Assembly (NCBI GenBank): GCA_041652575.1
Contig: JBAZHC010000008.1
Location: 46,022-110,021 of the forward strand
Reading direction: 5' to 3'
Source of the DNA: Phycisphaerae bacterium
GTDB taxonomy: Bacteria; Planctomycetota; Phycisphaerae; Sedimentisphaerales; UBA12454
Length of the DNA: 64,000 nucleotides
Numbering within the stretch: the stretch's first letter is position 1; every line of letters starts with the position of its first letter. The notes under the pieces are model-generated. The model did no database searches. It saw nothing but the letters and a program-made list of their open reading frames with translations, and was not told where the DNA came from. A program made the translations under genes and the position numbers. This document shows positions 57,941-64,000 of the stretch, in pieces.

Positions 57941-58013
57941 TCCGCCATGGCCCAAAGGCACTAATTTTTTATTTATATTTTTTTCTTAGTGTCTTAGTGC
58001 CTTAGTGGCTAAA
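57941..58013. repeat. Inverted octamer-array element (copy 2, left arm degenerate)
   Basis: CAAAGGCACTAA, spacer T6-ATTTATA-T7 (almost identical to the copy 1 spacer), CTTAGTGT CTTAGTGC CTTAGTGG CTA. The TAG stop of the upstream gene lies in the terminus. Confidence 0.85.
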
Positions 58014-58851
58014 TTTTACCATAATGCACAAGTTCAATTCCTGCTTCGGATAGAATCTGTTTCGTCGCCGATTCGCAGAGCCATTTAAGTTCGACCTGAC
58101 GCTGTTCGACAAGACGAGTATTCACAAGACCTTCCGGATAACCCGGATGCGTCATAACTTCAGCTGTTCCGCCGAATTGCGTCTTGCCGATTTCGGCCCA
58201 GAACTCTTTGTCGATTCTGCCCGTATGGGCCAGACCGAAGAAAATATCATTCTTTATAAAACGGCTGTCTATCTTCTGACAGTTTACCGCCATTTGCCTT
58301 ACCATAAAAGCGCGAATTTTATCTTTCATACCGACCTGCGGCCAATTACCGCAGCAGACTGTCTCCGGCTCCCACGGCCACCGAATAGCGCCTATCTTAA
58401 AATTCTCCGCCAGGGAGCATACTATCTTATATATTGGCCCAAAGCAGTGAAAGTGTTTATGCGAATCCAGATGAGTTGGCTTTACGCCTCTTTTTATGAC
58501 CGATTCAACCTGTGCCGTAAGTTCAATTTCGACAGCCTTGCGGATTTTTTCGCTAATAAACGTTTTAATTGCGAGCTTCGATGGCGAATATTTAAATTTG
58601 CCGTCTTCCCCAAGCAGAACATCTACTTTCGAGTCTGTGGAAACGGGCTTGCCTTCGAGGACATTCAAATGCACCCCTACTCCGAGACTCGGCATCTTTT
58701 TAGCCATTGCTACCGCCTCATCCGACCCGGGCATATTGGCCATAATTGTAGCGCTGGTAAGCACTCCGCCGCAGTGTGCCTCGGCGATGGCTTTATTAAC
58801 GCCTTCGCAAAGTCCGAAGTCGTCCGCGTTTATAATCATTTTTGCCGTCAT
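58009..58851 (-). CDS. ChbG/HpnK (YdjC) family deacetylase
   Basis: IINADDFGL, GVLTSATIMAN, GVHLN, HLDSHKH, EVMTHPG. Start at MTAKM (58851). Confidence 0.92.
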   Translation of the reverse strand: MTAKMIINADDFGLCEGVNKAIAEAHCGGVLTSATIMANMPGSDEAVAMAKKMPSLGVGVHLNVLEGKPVSTDSKVDVLLGEDGKFKYSPSKLAIKTFISEKIRKAVEIELTAQVESVIKRGVKPTHLDSHKHFHCFGPIYKIVCSLAENFKIGAIRWPWEPETVCCGNWPQVGMKDKIRAFMVRQMAVNCQKIDSRFIKNDIFFGLAHTGRIDKEFWAEIGKTQFGGTAEVMTHPGYPEGLVNTRLVEQRQVELKWLCESATKQILSEAGIELVHYGKI

Positions 58852-58966
58852 AAGAGGGTAAAGTTTACGTCTCAAACGCCTTAAGGTCAATTAATTTAAC
58901 AAAAAGAAGGGGCTGGACTATTTTTGTTGCAAAAACTCGTAATTTAACGAAAATATTGCAAATATT

Positions 58967-60562
58967 ATGGTTTTTATTCTTCACAGATACATTTTTAGGG
59001 AATTGTTCAAGGTCTTTGCCCTTTCGGCGATGGCCCTTGGCGTTATCATGAGTCTGGGCAGTCTTTTGCGGCCCGTTCAGGAATATGGCGTTGGTCCTCG
59101 CCAGGTATTCGACCTGCTATGTTATTTTCTCCCGATAACGATGACATTTGTCCTGCCCGTTGCCGCCCTTTTCGCAACTTCCCTTGTGTACGGAAGAATT
59201 GCCGCCGACAACGAGTTCGACGCCTGCAAGGCAAGCGGAATAAGTCCTTCGATGCTTTTTTATCCCGCTCTTGTACTGGCGATTATAATTTCCATAGCCA
59301 ACTTACTGTTAAGTTTTCACGTCGTGCCCGCTTATGTCCAGCGAGCCGAAGCGGCCATGAAAGCCGATGCCAAGCAGATATTATTTCGAAATATCCAGCG
59401 GCAGGGTTACTATTCTCTGCCCGGCAGTCAATTCAGAATCTACGCCGACGCCGTCGACATCAAAAACTCCGGCCTGTTGGGCGTGGTAATTATTGACACC
59501 AGCAAAGACAAAGAAAAAAAACTTATCACCGCTGAATCCGCGACGGTAAATTTTGACAATACCGCCAAAACCAATGAGGTAAAGGTTTACGCCAAAAACG
59601 CTTTTCAGTTTGACGAGCAGGGTGGAATATTCGTCAAGGCGATTTCTGTGCTCGGCGACTTCCAGGCGCTTATGGGCGACGACGTAAAATTCCGGAAAAT
59701 AGAGCAGATGAACGCCATCAAGCTTTCACCTATGACTTACTATCCGATAGCTGTCTGCGCTTGGAACGCGTACGAACGGCTGACTACCGAAATGCTGTAT
59801 AAGGAAATAAAAAACGCTCTTAACGCCAAAACCGATAACTTTTACCAGTTGCATAACGACAATGCCCTGATTCGGTTTACCGGCGAAAAATGCCTGCTTA
59901 ATAGCGAACAGGACAACATAGAGCTTACCGGGAAAATCGTACTGTTTGAATACGACAAAAGCAGTGGTGAGCTTACAAGGAGCTATCGCGGCGAAAAACT
60001 CACCCTTCAGCTCTCCGCCGAAACCCAAACCAGGCCCAGTACGAAAATCGTACTTACACTTCCAAATGCAATCTGGCTCGACCGCGGCGTGGAATTTATA
60101 AAGCCCCGCTACTCGGCAAAGGAACTTGCCCTGCCGGATTCCATTGCTTCAAAACTCGGAGAAGACGTTATTACCACTGCCCAGGCCCACAGTTATATTA
60201 CCGCCCCATCGTCGAGGCTTGAAGAGCTTATCAAAGAAATGAAACGTAAAATCCGTGTAACGCTTTTCGAAATCAAGGCCGAAATTCATTCGAGACTCGT
60301 CTTTGGCATAGGCTGCATAACATTGATACTTATCGGCACTGAGCTTGGAATTATATTCAAAGGCGGGCATCTCCTGACTGCTTTCGGAATCAGTTCTATC
60401 CCCGCCGCCGCGCTGCTTGTCTTTATTATGGCCGGAAAAAACATAACGACAAATCAAAATTCTTCGGCAGGCGCCGATTTCGGCGTCTCGTTTATGTGGA
60501 CAGGACTGCTGATTCTGTCTATCTTCGCCGTTGTGTTTTACAGGAAATTATTAAAAAATTAA
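58967..60562 (+). CDS. lptF: LptF/LptG family permease (LptF-like)
   Basis: ILHRYIFREL, YGRIAADNEFDACKASGIS, periplasmic beta domain, EIHSR, C-terminal TMs; first of a tandem pair. Confidence 0.85.
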   Translation: MVFILHRYIFRELFKVFALSAMALGVIMSLGSLLRPVQEYGVGPRQVFDLLCYFLPITMTFVLPVAALFATSLVYGRIAADNEFDACKASGISPSMLFYPALVLAIIISIANLLLSFHVVPAYVQRAEAAMKADAKQILFRNIQRQGYYSLPGSQFRIYADAVDIKNSGLLGVVIIDTSKDKEKKLITAESATVNFDNTAKTNEVKVYAKNAFQFDEQGGIFVKAISVLGDFQALMGDDVKFRKIEQMNAIKLSPMTYYPIAVCAWNAYERLTTEMLYKEIKNALNAKTDNFYQLHNDNALIRFTGEKCLLNSEQDNIELTGKIVLFEYDKSSGELTRSYRGEKLTLQLSAETQTRPSTKIVLTLPNAIWLDRGVEFIKPRYSAKELALPDSIASKLGEDVITTAQAHSYITAPSSRLEELIKEMKRKIRVTLFEIKAEIHSRLVFGIGCITLILIGTELGIIFKGGHLLTAFGISSIPAAALLVFIMAGKNITTNQNSSAGADFGVSFMWTGLLILSIFAVVFYRKLLKN

Positions 60563-60565
60563 AAT

Positions 60566-61669
60566 ATGAAGACCCTTGATAAATATGTAATGAAAAACTT
60601 TCTCACAGGTTATCTGATTGCTTTCCTTGTGCTGATGGGGCTGCGCATAATGATAGACCTGTTCGTCAATGTCGACGAATTTACGGAAAATGCGCAGCTT
60701 ACATCCGTTCAGGTGCTGACAAATATCACGTCATATTACGGCAGATACAGTTTTCTGTACTTTCGTGACTTTGCCGGAATGATTACTGTCGTCGCGGCAG
60801 TGTTCTCGCTTGGAAAAATGACAAAAAACAACGAGCTGGTGGCCATAATGGCTTCCGGCGTAAGTCTCAAGCGGATGATAACACCTATTCTGGTTTTATC
60901 TCTTGCCTTCGCCGGCCTGCACGTAATCGACGAGGAACTTCTTATACCGCCGATGGCCGACAAACTTGTCCGCTCGCACGACGCTCTTGACGCGACTCTT
61001 TCTTATGATATGTGGTTCATCGGCGACAGCAGCGGCAACCTGTTCTGCTCCCCACAGTTCAAGGTACAGGACGGCATCATTATAAATCCGACAATAATAA
61101 CAAGAACCAGGAAGGGAAATTCCATACTCTGGGATGTTACAGGCATAATCAAAGCCGATTCCGCTCGTTACGACGATAATAAAAATTCATGGATTCTGGA
61201 TAACGGCGTGTTTCTGGCTGTATCGCAGAAGCTTGCCGACAAATCCTACCAAACGATAAAAACCTGTCCAAGCGACCTCACCCCGAAAGATATCCCCGTA
61301 AGGCGAAAATCAGCGCACATGGACCTGCTCAGTTCTTACGACCTTATAAAACTCGCCAGGCAGAGTCCCAAAGACCTCGCAAGACTCTACGCGCAGAAAA
61401 ACTTCCGTTTAACAGACCCCATAATAAATCTCATTATGCTTATGATTTCTCTGCCAGTACTTGTCTGCAGAGACCCGAAAAGTCTCAAATCTGCTGTCTT
61501 TATAAGTTTCGCCCTGACGGGCACCTGCTATATCCTGACTTTCGTAAGCAAAATCTTCGCCTCGGAAATAACTATAGCCGGCAGGGTTATGCCCGAATTG
61601 TGGGCCTGGCTGCCGATTTTCATCTTTCTGCCGATAGCCTTTATCGAGCTGGATTCAATGAAAACATAA
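60566..61669 (+). CDS. lptG: LptF/LptG family permease (LptG-like)
   Basis: TLDKYV, KNNELVAIMASGVSLKR, ADSARYD, WAWLP. Confidence 0.87.
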   Translation: MKTLDKYVMKNFLTGYLIAFLVLMGLRIMIDLFVNVDEFTENAQLTSVQVLTNITSYYGRYSFLYFRDFAGMITVVAAVFSLGKMTKNNELVAIMASGVSLKRMITPILVLSLAFAGLHVIDEELLIPPMADKLVRSHDALDATLSYDMWFIGDSSGNLFCSPQFKVQDGIIINPTIITRTRKGNSILWDVTGIIKADSARYDDNKNSWILDNGVFLAVSQKLADKSYQTIKTCPSDLTPKDIPVRRKSAHMDLLSSYDLIKLARQSPKDLARLYAQKNFRLTDPIINLIMLMISLPVLVCRDPKSLKSAVFISFALTGTCYILTFVSKIFASEITIAGRVMPELWAWLPIFIFLPIAFIELDSMKT

Positions 61670-61716
61670 AAGCCGCCAAAAAAAAATTGCATTTTAAATT
61701 TTTAATTCTAAATTAT

Positions 61717-61743
61717 CTTAGTGTCTTTGTGCCTTAGTGGCTA
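61717..61743. repeat. Solo octamer-array arm (copy 3)
   Basis: CTTAGTGT CTTTGTGC CTTAGTGG CTA directly before the TAAGGA RBS; no left arm seen. Confidence 0.8.
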
Positions 61744-61759
61744 TTTAAGGATATAAAAA

Positions 61760-62956
61760 ATGACAGAATTTAAAATAGAACCGGCTGAACGTATTAAAAG
61801 ACTGCCGCCTTATCTTTTTGGAAGACTTAACGCTCTTAAGCTCGCCAAAAGACAGCAGCAAATCGACATTATCGACCTCGGTATGGGAAATCCCTCCGAC
61901 CCCACTCCGCAGGTAATCGTTGACAAGCTTTGCGAAGCCGCCCGCGACCCCCGCAATCAGCGGTACAGCTCCAGCAGAGGCATCTTTAATCTCAGAAGAG
62001 AAGTCGCTATTAAATATGCCAAACAGTATAACGTCGAACTCGACCCAAATACCGAAGTCCTCGCCTGTATCGGCTCAAAGGAAGGTTTTAGTCATTTGTG
62101 TCTTGCGATGCTCGGTCCCGGAGATACGGCTCTCGTCGCTGACCCGGCGTTTCCAATCCATATTTACGCCGTTGCTCTTGCCGGCGCAAACGTCGTTACT
62201 GTACCGCTCGGCAATACACAGGATTCGCTGAAAAATATTCAGGAAACCTGCGAAAAACTTTATCCACGTCCGAAGATGATGATTTTGAACTTTCCGCATA
62301 ATCCAACGGCAATGACTGTTGATGACATAAGTTATTTTGAAACTGTTGTCGATATCGCAAAAAGACTCAATATCGCTGTCATTCACGACTTCGCCTATGG
62401 CGATACCTGCTTTGACGGCTACAAGGCTCCGAGTTTCCTTTCTGCAAAAGGCGCAAAGGACGTAGGTGTAGAATTTTCCACTTTGAGCAAGGCCTACAAT
62501 ATGGCCGGCTGGCGAATAGGCTTCGCAACCGGAAACAAGCAGATGATTGAAGCCCTTGCGACTATTAAGGGTTATTATGATTACGGCATTTTCCAGGCCA
62601 TTCAGATTGCAAGTATTATCGCGATGAGGCAATGCGAAAACGATACAGTTGAGCAGAACAAAAAATATCAGTTCCGCAGGGATGTCGTCTGCGACTGCCT
62701 TGCGAAAGTCGGCTGGCAGGTCGAAAAACCTCGCGCCTCGATGTTCGTCTGGGCAAGAGTTCCAGATGACCAGTTAAAAGGCAAAGGCACTATTGATTTC
62801 GCGATGGATTTGATTGAAAACGCAAACGTCGTCGTTTCGCCCGGCAGAGCCTTTGGCGAAAATGGCGAAGGGTATATGCGAATAGCTCTTGTCGAAAATG
62901 AAAACCGTATGCGGCAAGCCTTCCGCAACATCAAAAAATACATCCAAAAAGGATAA
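61760..62956 (+). CDS. Class I/II PLP aminotransferase (AlaC / LL-DAP aminotransferase-like)
   Basis: LPPYLF, DLGMGNP, GSKEG, NFPHNPT, HDFAY, TLSKAYNMAGWRIG (PLP Lys), GEGYMRIAL. Confidence 0.93.
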   Translation: MTEFKIEPAERIKRLPPYLFGRLNALKLAKRQQQIDIIDLGMGNPSDPTPQVIVDKLCEAARDPRNQRYSSSRGIFNLRREVAIKYAKQYNVELDPNTEVLACIGSKEGFSHLCLAMLGPGDTALVADPAFPIHIYAVALAGANVVTVPLGNTQDSLKNIQETCEKLYPRPKMMILNFPHNPTAMTVDDISYFETVVDIAKRLNIAVIHDFAYGDTCFDGYKAPSFLSAKGAKDVGVEFSTLSKAYNMAGWRIGFATGNKQMIEALATIKGYYDYGIFQAIQIASIIAMRQCENDTVEQNKKYQFRRDVVCDCLAKVGWQVEKPRASMFVWARVPDDQLKGKGTIDFAMDLIENANVVVSPGRAFGENGEGYMRIALVENENRMRQAFRNIKKYIQKG

Positions 62957-62962
62957 AAATCG

Positions 62963-63032
62963 GTTAGCCCCGCCAACATTTTGGCGGGGTTTTAAATAAT
63001 ATTTAGCCCCCGGTTTCACCGGGGGTTTTTTA
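62963..63032. terminator. Tandem hairpins / probable bidirectional terminator
   Basis: CCCCGCCAA-CATT-TTGGCGGGG and CCCCCGGT-TTC-ACCGGGGG, each preceded by TTAG and followed by T runs; between convergent genes. Confidence 0.75.
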
Positions 63033-63999
63033 TAATTTCCCCGTTTTCAAATAAAACCTTTATTGCTGCCGAATTGTTAAGTTCATTAGCTTCAGCAATA
63101 CTGCTGTCCGTATCAAGAACAACGGTAAATTGATTTATGCCTCCTTCAATCGCAAAAGGTGAACTTTGCTCATTCCAAAACTCGCCCGGCTTGATTGGCC
63201 CTGCGCCGTGGCTGCCGGTTTGCGGCTTGCCGAAAAGATTCTGATTTTCTTTCGGGTCTCCCTTGTAAAAATTCATTCTGAATGCAGGGGCGGTCGCAGT
63301 TCCGTGATTTCCGATTTTCGCCGTTACCGTATATAATCCCCCTGCCGGATAAGGCTGGATACTGAATTCTTCAATATAAACATCTAAGTCTTTACTTCCA
63401 CTACTGACTGATTTCGAGACATTTGATGTAATAGTTGAAATATCCGGCACTTTTTCCGCAGAACCTTTTTGAGCAAAATATATACCGCCAAAGCCGCTAC
63501 CGCCGTTGGCCGGATAAAAGCTCAAATGAAGCCAGCCTTCTTTCTGATAAGTAAAGGTTCTGGTAAAATCGCCGCTGCCGCGTTTTATTACAGGGCCTTG
63601 CTGGCTGTCAATTTCGCCGTTAGTAGCGTAAATATGGAGCATCGCCTCATCGGCGGAAGACAAATCATATTTTCCTTTTACCGTATAAGTTTGACCGGTT
63701 TCAATTTTATCTGTGCTGCCGAGAACTTCAGTAATTTCGATTGAATCGCCTTCTAAAAATGACTGTTTTGTTATTTCAAAGTCGATTGAATATAACCGTA
63801 CATCCGCCTCTATTTTACCGAATGAAATCAGCTTTTCATCTTTATCAAAAACAAAAAGCTGGTTCGTAATTATTTTGTCTTTATCCCAGATAGTCGCCTG
63901 ATATTTATAACGTATTGATTGGTTGCCGTTAGCGTCAATTATCGGCTCGCCCCATTCGATAGTTTTTCTTTGGGTAATATCCCTGTAATTATGCTTAAA
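63016..63999 (-). CDS. Partial (5'-truncated) hypothetical multidomain protein with C-terminal CARDB-like domain
   Basis: Manual reading shows the frame stays open from the window end to 63016. C-terminal DLDVY...VTAKIGNHG...IAEANELNN is CARDB-like. Confidence 0.75.
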   Translation of the reverse strand, partial: FKHNYRDITQRKTIEWGEPIIDANGNQSIRYKYQATIWDKDKIITNQLFVFDKDEKLISFGKIEADVRLYSIDFEITKQSFLEGDSIEITEVLGSTDKIETGQTYTVKGKYDLSSADEAMLHIYATNGEIDSQQGPVIKRGSGDFTRTFTYQKEGWLHLSFYPANGGSGFGGIYFAQKGSAEKVPDISTITSNVSKSVSSGSKDLDVYIEEFSIQPYPAGGLYTVTAKIGNHGTATAPAFRMNFYKGDPKENQNLFGKPQTGSHGAGPIKPGEFWNEQSSPFAIEGGINQFTVVLDTDSSIAEANELNNSAAIKVLFENGEIIKNPR

Positions 64000-64000
64000 A

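Overview
A 64-kb, largely core chromosomal segment of an anaerobic bacterium, most likely Planctomycetota (Phycisphaerae, Sedimentisphaerales-like). This is inferred from the dockerin-tailed secreted proteins, the NfnAB pair and the planctomycete-style hypotheticals; no search was run. It holds a pectin/rhamnose-glycan degradation locus (GH78, CE8, GH31; a second CE8 and a GH172 lie further on), msrAB, and an Rrf2-led sulfur/Fe-S operon (rrf2-cysK-cysE-nadA-metY-[four-helix-bundle cassette]-nifU-nifS). Housekeeping genes include xth, a pseudouridine synthase, nnrE, surE, tRNA-Arg(ACG), pta, nfnAB, HU, csp, azoR, aroF, nnrD, tsaD, dnaA with an upstream DnaA-box cluster, rsmB-fmt-def-lptB, ribH-nusB-parA-rsmE, an envelope-modification cluster and lptFG. 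No CRISPR array, rRNA, transposase or integrase gene was seen. The most unusual signals are three. (1) A set of intercistronic inverted tandem-repeat elements with 7-, 8- and 9-nt periods: one encloses a four-helix-bundle (IVS/Avd-like) gene plus a membrane ORF, and the others are empty, nested or solo arms. (2) A ~1-kb islet flanked by a 22-bp duplication of the tsaD 3' end, carrying promoter + attI-like site + one gene cassette + attC-like site but no integrase. (3) Smaller items: an unannotated 46-aa YxGPERR microprotein, a hairpin/uORF arrangement over the cysE ribosome-binding site, and a Cys-to-Asp pseudophosphatase. Several CDS starts were moved downstream of the ORF-track start on RBS or family evidence.
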